DNA from: Candidatus Omnitrophota bacterium
GTDB taxonomy: Bacteria; Omnitrophota; Gorgyraeia; Zapsychrales; Fredricksoniimonadaceae
Assembly: GCA_028865345.1 (NCBI GenBank)
Contig: JAGWKL010000007.1
Coordinates: 6,089-70,088 of the forward strand
Direction of reading: 5' to 3'
DNA length: 64,000 bases
Shown: one piece after another, positions 46,594-55,765 of the stretch
Numbering within the stretch: position 1 is the stretch's first letter
Layout: every line of letters starts with the position of its first letter
Program-made: the position numbers and the translations under genes
The notes under the pieces: model-generated
The model's database searches: none
What the model was told of the DNA's origin: nothing
What the model saw: only the letters and a program-made list of their open reading frames with translations

Positions 46594-47327
46594 GCGGACA
46601 GGACAGCCTGCAGGAGATTGCTTTTTTTGACGAGTTTACCCGCAGCAGGGATTACGACAGCCTGATGCCCCGTGGCTACCGGGCCATTATCAAAGCCTTC
46701 TGTGAGTGTTTGGGGCCGAGGCGTTCACAGGTGCGCACGGCCGTGGACCTAGGCTGCGGGACAGGCTCTTTTACCCGGCGGTTTTTTCAGCAGGACGGCT
46801 TGGTGGGTGTGGGGGTCGATATTTCTTTTCAAGCCGTTCGAAGGGCCGCATCCAATAACGACGGGATCCATTATTTCGTTTCCGACATCAGCCGCACGGC
46901 CATCAAAGACGGGTCCGTGGATCTGGTGGTTTTTTCCGGCGTGCTGCACCATTTTCCGGATATGACAGCCTGTCTCAATGAGGCCCGCAGGATCTTAAGA
47001 AAAGGAGGGATGTTCCTATCCTATGACCCGCATATCCACAATCCCTGCATGTGGCTTTACCGGCATCCCCGGTCGCCTTTTTATTCAAAAGCGGGAAAAA
47101 CAGCCAATGAGAGACTCCTTTCCAAACAGGAAATGCAGGAAGCTTTGCATAAATCCGGATTCATCAACATCAAAACCTTGGCCATCAGCGGAGTGGCCAT
47201 CTCTTATTTGGAATCGCCGGCGGCCCGGAGGTTTCTGGCTTTTTACAATGCCTTTGAATACCTGCTGGGGTTGCTGCCTGTTTCCAGAAGCATAGGGTCT
47301 TTCTTGATTTGCTATGCGGAAAAATAA
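46590..47327 (+). CDS. Class I SAM-dependent methyltransferase
   Basis: AVDLGCGTGSFT motif I, VDLVVFSGVLHH motif. Confidence 0.55.
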   Translation: MSGQDSLQEIAFFDEFTRSRDYDSLMPRGYRAIIKAFCECLGPRRSQVRTAVDLGCGTGSFTRRFFQQDGLVGVGVDISFQAVRRAASNNDGIHYFVSDISRTAIKDGSVDLVVFSGVLHHFPDMTACLNEARRILRKGGMFLSYDPHIHNPCMWLYRHPRSPFYSKAGKTANERLLSKQEMQEALHKSGFINIKTLAISGVAISYLESPAARRFLAFYNAFEYLLGLLPVSRSIGSFLICYAEK

Positions 47328-47512
47328 GCGTATAATATATCCAGCCCTGCGCTGTGCGATAGGATCCAGGATGTATTGAACCACAAAACAATACACAGGG
47401 AGCCGGTCACCTGTCGGCGTGGCCTTCGAGCCAGCCTCACACTGGCGCCCACTTGAGAATGATGGTTCTCATTTACACCAGGTCCAACGGCAGAGGCGGG
47501 GTTTTTTTAAAA

Positions 47513-47534
47513 GGGGACACAGTACTGTGTCCCC
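47513..47534. terminator. Perfect 22-nt palindrome GGGGACACAGTACTGTGTCCCC flanked by T/A runs (bidirectional terminator-like)
   Basis: Preceded by GGGGTTTTTTTAAAA and followed by TTTTCC. Same arm sequence as the elements at 40251, 54123 and 56437. Confidence 0.5.
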
Positions 47535-47547
47535 TTTTCCTACTTAA

Positions 47548-48858
47548 ATGTCTACTTTGTTTTCTTCAGATGAAACAATCATTCCCTCGGATGCGCCCTT
47601 AAGCGCCCGTATGCGGCCGCGCTCCATAGAAGAGTATGTAGGCCAGCGGCATATTTTAGGGGAAGGCAAACTGCTCAAGCGCGCCATCGAAGCGGACAGG
47701 ATCTCTTCGCTCATTCTTTACGGCCCTCCGGGAGCCGGAAAAACAAGCCTGGCCCTGTGCATTGCCCACAGGACTAATGCGCATTTTGAACGGATCAACG
47801 CGGTGTCCTCCAATGTTGAAGAGATGCGCAAGATCATTGCTGCGGCCCAACACCGCCGGGGCACGGCAGGCCGCAAGACCATTGTTTTTATCGATGAGAT
47901 CCACCGGTTTAACAAGGCCCAACAGGATGTGCTGATGCCGGACATCGAAGAGGGCAATATCATCCTGATCGGCGCGACCGTTTTTAACCCTTTCTTTGCC
48001 TTGGTGGCCCCGCTGCTGTCGCGCTCATTGATTTTTGAACTTGATCCCCTGGCCCCGGAAGACCTGATGACCTTGATGCGGCGCGCCATTGCCGACAAAG
48101 AAAAGGGTTTAGGGGCCTTGCCTGTTGACATCGATGATGATGCTCTTGCCTTCTTGTCGTCCATCAGCGACGGTGATGCCAGAAAGGCGCTTAACGCCCT
48201 GGAAGTGGCGGTCCTGACAAGCGTTAAATCCGCCGACGGGCGTATTCACATCACCATGGCCACGGCCCAGGAGTCCATCCAGAAAAAACAAGTGAATTAT
48301 GACCGGGACGGCGACGCCCACTATGATACGATCTCCGCTTTTATCAAATCCATGCGTGGCTCAGATCCGGATGCTGCACTTTATTGGATGGCCAAGATGA
48401 TCTATGCCGGGGAAGACCCGCGGTTTATCGCCCGGCGTGTTGTGATCTGCGCTTCGGAAGATGTGGGTAATGCGGACCCGCAGGCGCTGGTCGTGGCCAA
48501 TGCCGCCCTCCAGGCCGCGGAATTTGTCGGCCTTCCGGAAGCGCGCATCATTCTGGCGCAGGCAGCCGTTTATGTGGCGTGCGCTCCTAAATCCAATGCC
48601 GTTTATGTTGGGATCGACCGGGCCTTGGACGATGTGAAAAACAGACGCACGCAGGAAGTCCCGGCGCACCTGAAAGACGCCCATTATAAAGGGGCGGACA
48701 AGCTGGAGCATGGAAAAGGATATAAATACGCCCACAACTACCCGCAACACCACGTGCAACAGGAGTATATGCCGGACAAAGCCGTTTATTATGAGCCCAC
48801 CCTGCAAGGGTATGAGGCCAGGATCAAAGAGAGAATGGACAAATTAAAGAAAAAATGA
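47548..48858 (+). CDS. rarA: Replication-associated recombination protein A (RarA/MgsA AAA+ ATPase)
   Basis: LYGPPGAGKTSLA Walker A, IVFIDEIHRFNK, sensor motifs, MgsA C-terminal domain. Confidence 0.85.
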   Translation: MSTLFSSDETIIPSDAPLSARMRPRSIEEYVGQRHILGEGKLLKRAIEADRISSLILYGPPGAGKTSLALCIAHRTNAHFERINAVSSNVEEMRKIIAAAQHRRGTAGRKTIVFIDEIHRFNKAQQDVLMPDIEEGNIILIGATVFNPFFALVAPLLSRSLIFELDPLAPEDLMTLMRRAIADKEKGLGALPVDIDDDALAFLSSISDGDARKALNALEVAVLTSVKSADGRIHITMATAQESIQKKQVNYDRDGDAHYDTISAFIKSMRGSDPDAALYWMAKMIYAGEDPRFIARRVVICASEDVGNADPQALVVANAALQAAEFVGLPEARIILAQAAVYVACAPKSNAVYVGIDRALDDVKNRRTQEVPAHLKDAHYKGADKLEHGKGYKYAHNYPQHHVQQEYMPDKAVYYEPTLQGYEARIKERMDKLKKK

Positions 48859-48874
48859 TAGTATAGCCGCACAC

Positions 48875-49426
48875 ATGAAGGACAAAAGCTCTTTAAGAGC
48901 GTATTATTTAAAGCTTCTTGGAGAGCAGGACAAAGAGCAATGTGCGCGTAAAAGCCATTTGGTTGCGGAGCAATTTTGGCAATTGCCGTCCGTCCAAAAG
49001 GCCCGCCACATTCTTTTTTATGTATCCATGCCGGGAGAGGTGGATACTTCAGCGATGATTCACAAGGCTTTTTATCTCGGTAAAAGGGTGGCATTACCCA
49101 TTGTTGAACAAAATCAAAGGAAGCTAATTCCTACATTCATCTCATCCATGGAAGATGTCCATAAGGGCGCATACGGTATTCCGGAACCTTATTTTGATCC
49201 CCAAAAGACAGCTGCCGCTAAGGACCTCGATGCGGCGGTCGTGCCGGGCCTGGCGTTTGACAGGCTCCATCACCGTTTGGGGCGCGGGGCCGGGTATTAC
49301 GACCGCTTTTTGAGCACGCTTCCGGACAGGGTGACGACGATCGGCCTTGCCTTTGATTTTCAACTCACCGAAAGCCTTCCTACTGAGGCGCATGATATGC
49401 CCCTCAGCCAAGTCATCGCAGCCTAA
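48875..49426 (+). CDS. 5-formyltetrahydrofolate cyclo-ligase
   Basis: MTHFS pattern (VVPGLAFDRLHHRLGRGAGYYDRFL); 183 aa. Confidence 0.7.
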   Translation: MKDKSSLRAYYLKLLGEQDKEQCARKSHLVAEQFWQLPSVQKARHILFYVSMPGEVDTSAMIHKAFYLGKRVALPIVEQNQRKLIPTFISSMEDVHKGAYGIPEPYFDPQKTAAAKDLDAAVVPGLAFDRLHHRLGRGAGYYDRFLSTLPDRVTTIGLAFDFQLTESLPTEAHDMPLSQVIAA

Positions 49427-49453
49427 TAATCTCATTTTCAAGGAAGGATCGCC

Positions 49454-51025
49454 ATGGAAGTCAATACACTCGGGCAGGCATTTATTTTTGTTTTTGCCGC
49501 CATCGTCTGCGTTATTGTCGGGTTTTTCCTCAACCGTCTCCTCGGCCGCCAGCGCCTGGATCAGGCGCATAAAGACGCCGGGGGCATCAGAGAATTGGCC
49601 CAGCGCGAGGCGCAGGCCATCCGCAAGGAGGCCGAACTGCAGGCCAAGGACCTGTTGCTTAAAATGCGACAGGATTTTGAGAAGGAGACCAAGGAACGGC
49701 GTGAAGAACTCAGCGGCATGGAAAAGCGTGTTTTGCAACGCGAGGAAAATCTTGACAAACGCGTTGACCTGCTGGAGAAAAAGGAAAAGGACATGTCCAT
49801 GCGTCTGGAGGCGCTGGCGCGCAACGAGGCCGGCTTTAAACAAAGAGATGAGGAGTTGACCAAGGTCCTGGCCCAGGAGAAGGAAAGGCTTTATACCATT
49901 GCCAACCTTTCCCCCCAGGATGCCAGGCAGATCCTTTTGGCCCGTCTTGAAGAGGAATTGTTGAACGAAAAAGCCGTACGCCTGCGCCATATCAATGAGG
50001 AGATCAAGGAAACTTCGGAGAAGAAAGCGCGCGAGATCATCAGCACCGCCATTCAGCGCTGCGCTTCCGATCACACGGCGGAGACCACGATTTCGGTCGT
50101 CCCGCTGCCTTCGGATGAAATGAAGGGACGCATCATCGGACGCGAGGGCAGGAACATCCGCACCCTGGAACAAGCCACGGGCGTTGATATCATCATTGAT
50201 GACACGCCTGAAGCGGTGACGATCTCGGGTTTTGACATGATGCGCCGCGAGATCGCGCGCATAGCCCTGGAGCAGCTCATCGCGGATGGGCGCATCCATC
50301 CCGGACGCATCGAAGAGGTCGTGGAAAAGGCCAAGGCCGAGATCGAAAAGAAGATCAAAGAGGAAGGTGAGCGCGCGGCCCTTGAGCTTGGGATCCACGG
50401 CATGCATCCGGAGCTCATTAAACTGGTGGGGCGCCTGCGTTACCGTACGTCTTTCGGGCAGAACGGCCTCAACCATTCCATTGAGGTGGCCAAGCTGATG
50501 GGCATCATGGCGCACCAGATCGGCGTCGATGTCAAGACCGCCAAGCGCGCCGGATTATTGCATGATATCGGCAAGGTGGTTTCTTCCGATGTGGAAGAAG
50601 GCACGCACGCCATCGTGGGTGCCCGCTTGGCGCGCAAATACGGCGAATCGGAAGATGTGGCCTATGCCGTGGAAAGCCACCACGGCGAAGTGGAAATGAA
50701 CACGGTCTATGGGATCCTGGTTTCCGCGGCGGATGCCATCAGCGCCTCGCGTCCCGGCGCCCGCGCCGAGAGCATGGAGACATACGTCAAGCGCCTGGAG
50801 AACCTGGAAAAAATTTCCAATTCGTTTAAAGGGGTGGAAAAGTCCTACGCCCTGCAGGCCGGCCGCGAAATAAGGGTCGTGGTGATGCCGGAGAAGGTCA
50901 ATGACGATGAGGCCGTGGTGATGGCCCGGGACATCCGCAAGAAGATCGAAGAAGAGATGGAATATCCAGGCCACATCAAGGTCATGGTGGTACGGGAGAT
51001 CCGGGCTGTGGAATATGCCAAATAG
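49454..51025 (+). CDS. rny: Ribonuclease Y
   Basis: N-terminal TM, coiled-coil, KH domain ([15 protein letters not shown]), HD domain (LLHDIGK). Confidence 0.85.
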   Translation: MEVNTLGQAFIFVFAAIVCVIVGFFLNRLLGRQRLDQAHKDAGGIRELAQREAQAIRKEAELQAKDLLLKMRQDFEKETKERREELSGMEKRVLQREENLDKRVDLLEKKEKDMSMRLEALARNEAGFKQRDEELTKVLAQEKERLYTIANLSPQDARQILLARLEEELLNEKAVRLRHINEEIKETSEKKAREIISTAIQRCASDHTAETTISVVPLPSDEMKGRIIGREGRNIRTLEQATGVDIIIDDTPEAVTISGFDMMRREIARIALEQLIADGRIHPGRIEEVVEKAKAEIEKKIKEEGERAALELGIHGMHPELIKLVGRLRYRTSFGQNGLNHSIEVAKLMGIMAHQIGVDVKTAKRAGLLHDIGKVVSSDVEEGTHAIVGARLARKYGESEDVAYAVESHHGEVEMNTVYGILVSAADAISASRPGARAESMETYVKRLENLEKISNSFKGVEKSYALQAGREIRVVVMPEKVNDDEAVVMARDIRKKIEEEMEYPGHIKVMVVREIRAVEYAK

Positions 51026-51082
51026 AATCAAGCGCAGCGAACGAGCCCAAGGGCTGTTTGATGCACTGCGAGGGTATGCGCT

Positions 51083-51937
51083 ATGAATATATTATGCATA
51101 GGTGATATCGTCGGACGTCCCGGAAGGGAAGCGGTGGCCGCGCTATTGCCGAAAATGAAAAAAGAACATGCCATCGATCTGGTGGTCGCCAACGCCGAGA
51201 ACGCCTCCGGCGGCGCCGGGCTTATCCCCAAAAATGCCGATGAGATTCTGGGCATGGGTGTTGATGTGATGACGATGGGAGACCATGTTTGGGACAAGCC
51301 GGAAATATTTGGTTATTTACAGGAGCGCAGGGAAAACATCATCCGTCCGGCTAATTTTCCGGAAGGAGTGCCGGGTTTCGGATGGACCGTGGTGACGGCC
51401 TCCAACGGCGTCCGGGTCGGCATAATAAATCTTTTAGGCCGTACCTTTATGCGGTATAATGTTTTTTGTCCTTTTTTGACGTTGGAATCCATAGTGTCTA
51501 AGATCAGGGACCAGGCGTCTGTGATCATTGTCGATATGCATGCGGAAGCCACCAGTGAAAAGGTGGCGCTGGGCCATTTTGCAGACGGGAAAGCTTCCCT
51601 GGTATTCGGCACGCACACGCATATACAGACAGCCGATGAAAAAATTTTGCCCCAAAAGACGGCGTATATCACGGATGTGGGCATGAGCGGTCCTTATGAT
51701 TCAGTCATCGGTCAGGACAAGGTGAAAATCATCAACCGTTTTCTGACCAGCATGCCGCATAAATTTGAAGTGGCCCAGTCCTCCGGGACTGTCCACGGGG
51801 TGATCGTCAAGGTGGACGCCCGGACCGGAAGGGCGGAAGCGGTGAGGCGGGTTTCGCAAGAATCACCGATGGCACAACCGGCTGCTAAAGCCCCGTCTAC
51901 GGCGGGACGAAAGGCCGCTTCCGACAATGGAAATTAA
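51083..51937 (+). CDS. ymdB: YmdB-like metallophosphoesterase (TIGR00282 family)
   Basis: MNILCIGDIVGRPGR..VVANAENASGG motif; conserved rny-ymdB pairing. Confidence 0.8.
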   Translation: MNILCIGDIVGRPGREAVAALLPKMKKEHAIDLVVANAENASGGAGLIPKNADEILGMGVDVMTMGDHVWDKPEIFGYLQERRENIIRPANFPEGVPGFGWTVVTASNGVRVGIINLLGRTFMRYNVFCPFLTLESIVSKIRDQASVIIVDMHAEATSEKVALGHFADGKASLVFGTHTHIQTADEKILPQKTAYITDVGMSGPYDSVIGQDKVKIINRFLTSMPHKFEVAQSSGTVHGVIVKVDARTGRAEAVRRVSQESPMAQPAAKAPSTAGRKAASDNGN

Positions 51938-51995
51938 GGAAAGCGGCACTTCGAATCAATGGAAAAGCATAATGGAATTATAAGGAAGGAGTGAT

Positions 51996-52388
51996 ATGTC
52001 TTGGGAAGGGATTGACCGCAGAAAATTTCCCAGAGTGTTGTATCCGTGCCTGGTCAAGGTCATCTCCGCCGACCGCCGCCAGGAAGCCCTGCTGACCCAT
52101 ACGGAAAATATCGGGATGGGGGGCTTGAGCGTCACCGTCAAGCATGAGATCAAGCTGTTCACGCCCATGGAGATGGAAGTTGACCTTTTGGACCTCGAAG
52201 AGCACATTACTCCCAAAGGCAAGGTGGTTTGGAATGTGAGGCGTAAATCCATCGAAGAAATAAAACCCATGTTTTATGATATCGGCATCGAATTCACGGA
52301 AATCTCCAAGAAAGACCATGAGCGCTTGAGGGAAAACCTTCAGAGGCTCATTGAAAAAGGGGTCAAGGTCTCAAAGCCGTTTATCTAA
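51996..52388 (+). CDS. PilZ domain protein (c-di-GMP binding)
   Basis: RRKFPR (RxxxR) and ENIGMGG (D/NxSxxG-like) PilZ motifs. Confidence 0.55.
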   Translation: MSWEGIDRRKFPRVLYPCLVKVISADRRQEALLTHTENIGMGGLSVTVKHEIKLFTPMEMEVDLLDLEEHITPKGKVVWNVRRKSIEEIKPMFYDIGIEFTEISKKDHERLRENLQRLIEKGVKVSKPFI

Positions 52389-52404
52389 AAATAAAAGCTG
52401 TTTT

Positions 52405-52764
52405 ATGTTTGACGCCAACCGCAGAAAATACCCCAGGGCCAATTTTCCGTGCCAGTTGACAATGTGGCTCGCCGACGGGGCGAGTGACACAATATTGGTT
52501 GAAACAACCAATATTGGGGCCGGAGGCGTGTGCGTGCAGATCAACCGGGGGATCGATCTGGGGGCGCAGGTGGATATTCAGGTCCATTTTAAGAATCCGA
52601 CAACCCCCTTCAAATGCCGTGGAATCGTGGTGCGTTCACGGAAGGTCTCGGAGACGCAATATGATATCGGCATTCAGTTTGAACCTTTGGGTGAATTGAA
52701 AAGCGCGTTTCTGGATGGAAAAGTGTCCGAGCTCATAGAGTTGGAGAACAAGAGAAAAAGCTGA
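52405..52764 (+). CDS. PilZ domain protein (second tandem copy)
   Basis: NRRKYPR and TNIGAGG motifs. Start adjusted to MFDANRR, since the track ORF 52351 overlaps the previous gene. Confidence 0.55.
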   Translation: MFDANRRKYPRANFPCQLTMWLADGASDTILVETTNIGAGGVCVQINRGIDLGAQVDIQVHFKNPTTPFKCRGIVVRSRKVSETQYDIGIQFEPLGELKSAFLDGKVSELIELENKRKS

Positions 52765-54035
52765 TGGTCCGCGTACGGTTTGCCCCTTCTCCAACAGGAT
52801 TCTTACATATCGGTTCCGCCCGTACCGCGCTTTTTAACTGGATGGTGGCCCGTGCCCAAGGCGGAAAATTCATCCTGCGCATCGAGGACACAGACCAAGT
52901 CCGCTCCAAGACGGAATTTCTCGAAGAGATCCTTGAGAGCATGAAGTGGCTGGGCCTGACCTGGGACGAGTATTACAAGCAAAGCGACCGTTTTGACATC
53001 TACCGCCAATATGCCGGCAAGCTGCTCTCCGAAGGCAAGGCTTATCAGGACGGGGCCGCCGTTGTCCTGAAGGTCCCTCAAAAATCCATCAAGCTCTATG
53101 ATCTGATCCGCGGCGAGATCGTCGTCGACACCAAGGAGATCAAGGACCAGGTGCTGATGAAGTCCGACGGGTCGCCGACCTACAGTTTTGCCTGCGTGGT
53201 GGATGATGCCCTTATGGAGATGACCTGTATTATCCGCGGGGAAGACCATATCTCCAACACGCCCAAACAAATGTTGATCTATGAAGCGCTGGACTTCAAG
53301 ATCCCCAAATTTGCGCATCTGCCGTTGATCCTGGATCCCGAGGGCGGGCGCATGTCCAAAAGGGCCGGGGCCACGGCGGTTTCGGAATACCGCACCCAGG
53401 GGTTTTTGCCGCAAGCCATTGTCAATTATCTTATGCTCCTGGGCTGGTCACCCGGAAACAACCAGGAGAAGGTGTCCATGGCCTCGGCGCTCAAGACATT
53501 TTCTATAAAGAAGGTCAATAAAGCCGGGGCGGCATTTTCATTTGAAAAACTTCAATGGCTCAACAGCCAATATATCCGGGAAATGGATACAGCCAGGCTT
53601 GCAGAAGCGTTAAGGCCATTGGTTGCGGCAAGGTATCCGCAAGCAGATCTTCAAGGGGCTGATTTTGAGCGTATGGTACAATTATATAAAGGACGCATGA
53701 ATACGCTGGCGGATTTTCTGGATTGGACGGATTATATATTCACTGACCTTGTCCCTTTTGATCCTGAGGCAAAGGCCGCGCATTTGACCCGGGACATGGG
53801 CAAAGAATTTGATGTGCTGGCACAACAGCTGGGCGCCGTCGATGATTTTAACGCCAAGACTGCGGAAGAAACCTTTCGTTCGGTGGTCGCAGGACTTGGC
53901 ATTGAGGCCGGTACCCTGGTCCATCCTGTAAGGGTGGCCCTGACGGGCCGTGCCGTGGGGCCGGGCCTGTTTGACACCATGGCGGTTTTGGGCAAAGAAA
54001 GGACCATCCGCCGACTGAAAGAAGGGTTTCATTGA
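52764..54035 (+). CDS. gltX: Glutamyl-tRNA synthetase (short, 423 aa)
   Basis: HIGSARTALFNW (HIGH) and KMSKR motifs. Shorter than typical GluRS. Confidence 0.85.
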   Translation: MVRVRFAPSPTGFLHIGSARTALFNWMVARAQGGKFILRIEDTDQVRSKTEFLEEILESMKWLGLTWDEYYKQSDRFDIYRQYAGKLLSEGKAYQDGAAVVLKVPQKSIKLYDLIRGEIVVDTKEIKDQVLMKSDGSPTYSFACVVDDALMEMTCIIRGEDHISNTPKQMLIYEALDFKIPKFAHLPLILDPEGGRMSKRAGATAVSEYRTQGFLPQAIVNYLMLLGWSPGNNQEKVSMASALKTFSIKKVNKAGAAFSFEKLQWLNSQYIREMDTARLAEALRPLVAARYPQADLQGADFERMVQLYKGRMNTLADFLDWTDYIFTDLVPFDPEAKAAHLTRDMGKEFDVLAQQLGAVDDFNAKTAEETFRSVVAGLGIEAGTLVHPVRVALTGRAVGPGLFDTMAVLGKERTIRRLKEGFH

Positions 54036-54039
54036 TTAT

Positions 54040-54113
54040 TGCCTTGTCGTCTAATGGTAGGACATGAGATTCTGGATCTCAGTATCTTGGTTCGAGTCCA
54101 AGCGAGGCAACCA
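54040..54113 (+). tRNA. tRNA-Gln: tRNA-Gln (CTG), CCA encoded
   Basis: Hand-folded: acceptor TGCCTTG/CGAGGCA (one GU), anticodon stem TGAGA/TCTCA, loop TTCTGGA, T-loop TTCGAGT. Confidence 0.7.
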
Positions 54114-54122
54114 GTTTTTAAA

Positions 54123-54150
54123 AGGGGACACTTTAAAGTGTCCCCCTTTT
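54123..54150 (+). terminator. Rho-independent terminator, GGGGACAC palindrome family
   Basis: GGGGACACTTTAAAGTGTCCCC followed by CTTTTTTT; upstream TTTTTAAAA (bidirectional). Confidence 0.6.
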
Positions 54151-54275
54151 TTTAGCCAGGCGGCACTTCAAAGAAAACACCGGCGGAGGTGTAAATTGAG
54201 GGACAAAATCCGGATTTTGTATTAGAATAAGGAACTTTTTATAATGATTTTTTGTCTAAATAATGGGATGAACGG

Positions 54276-54836
54276 ATGGACATCGCCCAAGATATTTTGA
54301 TCAGGGCTTCCCGGGGTGAAGCCCAGGCCTTTGAAGAGGTTTATAAAGCAACCAGCGGCTTTGTCTATAACGTGGCTTTGCGGATCGTTAACAATAGAGA
54401 AGACGCCCTGGAAGTGGCCCAGGAGGTTTTTTTGATCGTCCATGACAAGCTTAAAACGTTCCGGTTTGAGTCTTCCTTTAAGACCTGGGTCTACAGGATC
54501 ACGGCCAATACGGCCATCAATTTTGCCAAAAAGAATTCCAGGCTTAAGTCTGTGCCTTTTGAAGAGTCTTTGATGGAGCCTCCGGCGGAAAATGAAGCTC
54601 TTACACAGATGGACCAGGAATACCACAACCGGCTTGTTGAAAAGCTGTTGGGTGAACTTAATTGTGAACAAAGGGCGTGTGTGGTGCTGAGGGACATTCA
54701 GGGGTTAAGTTATGAGGAGATGGCGCAGGCGCTGAACATCAATATCAATACGGTGCGTTCCCGGCTCAAAAGGGCGCGGGAGAAATTGTTGAGCTTAAAG
54801 CAATCGGTGGATTATGAAAAAGTGCGGACATTTTAA
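54276..54836 (+). CDS. ECF-type RNA polymerase sigma-70 factor
   Basis: Region 2 (YRIT-like WVYRITANTAINF) and region 4 HTH (LSYEEMAQALNININTVRSRL). Confidence 0.8.
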   Translation: MDIAQDILIRASRGEAQAFEEVYKATSGFVYNVALRIVNNREDALEVAQEVFLIVHDKLKTFRFESSFKTWVYRITANTAINFAKKNSRLKSVPFEESLMEPPAENEALTQMDQEYHNRLVEKLLGELNCEQRACVVLRDIQGLSYEEMAQALNININTVRSRLKRAREKLLSLKQSVDYEKVRTF

Positions 54837-55296
54837 AGATTTGATCCTCACGGATTATATAGACGGCCGGCTGGATAAAAATGCCGTTGCGGCCTTAGAA
54901 AGCCATTTGCTTGAATGCAGTGATTGCAGCGCTTTTTTTAAAGAAGTCAAGAATACGGCGGTATCTCCTTTCCATCGGGCCTTGCAGCAGCCCCCTCCTG
55001 CCGGGCTATGGGAGGCGGTGAAGCAGGCAGTAGAACAGGAAGAACAGCCGGGGTTTGGGGAGAATTTCATTAACGGATTAAAGGGTTGGATGGTTTTTCC
55101 AAGACTGGTACCGGTTGCGGCGACACTTGTGCTGATGCTTTTGGCGGGAGGGGTTTCTTTGACGACCCTGCAGGCCGACCGGGCCCAGGAGAAGGCGGAT
55201 GCCGCGTACTTGGTTTCGCTGTTCAATGCAGGCGGAGGCGCATCGTCGTCGGACAATACCAGCCTGGGAACGCCCATTGAGAAATATTTTCTTTAG
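54814..55296 (+). CDS. Anti-sigma factor (zinc-finger type), membrane-spanning
   Basis: HLLECSDCSAFF zinc-finger anti-sigma motif, central TM (VAATLVLMLLAGGV). Overlaps the sigma gene. Confidence 0.55.
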   Translation: MKKCGHFKDLILTDYIDGRLDKNAVAALESHLLECSDCSAFFKEVKNTAVSPFHRALQQPPPAGLWEAVKQAVEQEEQPGFGENFINGLKGWMVFPRLVPVAATLVLMLLAGGVSLTTLQADRAQEKADAAYLVSLFNAGGGASSSDNTSLGTPIEKYFL

Positions 55297-55308
55297 AGGA
55301 GGGAATAT

Positions 55309-55764
55309 ATGCCAAGCGTTAAAAAAATTTTATTTTGTTTTTTAAGTTCATCCCTGTTGATGGCCGTGCCGTTGGCGCTGGCCCAGGACGCCCCCGGTCA
55401 CGAAGGGCACTTCCCCAATGCCCGCATGGAAAAGCGCATCCATGAAGTTTTTAACCAGCTTGGCCTGACAGAAGAACAAAAGAAGGAACTGCAAGCCAAT
55501 AAAGAAAAATATCGCCCAAGAATAATCAGCGAACACCGGCAGATGAGGGCGGTCATGGAAGCTCTCAGGAAGGAATTGATGAAGCCCCGGTTAAATATGG
55601 CCAGGATCCATCAGCTCCACAACCGGACCAAGGACCTGATGTCTCAAATGGAAGACGACAGGCTTACCTCGATCCTCGCGGTCAGGGTGATCCTGACCCA
55701 GGGGCAGTTTACAAAATTCGTCAACCTGATGGAGCAATTTAAGCATGAGCGCCATGAGAAGTGA
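55309..55764 (+). CDS. Periplasmic Spy/CpxP-family (LTxxQ-motif) protein
   Basis: Signal peptide, LGLTEEQKKELQ LTxxQ motif, helical; 151 aa. Confidence 0.5.
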   Translation: MPSVKKILFCFLSSSLLMAVPLALAQDAPGHEGHFPNARMEKRIHEVFNQLGLTEEQKKELQANKEKYRPRIISEHRQMRAVMEALRKELMKPRLNMARIHQLHNRTKDLMSQMEDDRLTSILAVRVILTQGQFTKFVNLMEQFKHERHEK

Positions 55765-55765
55765 A

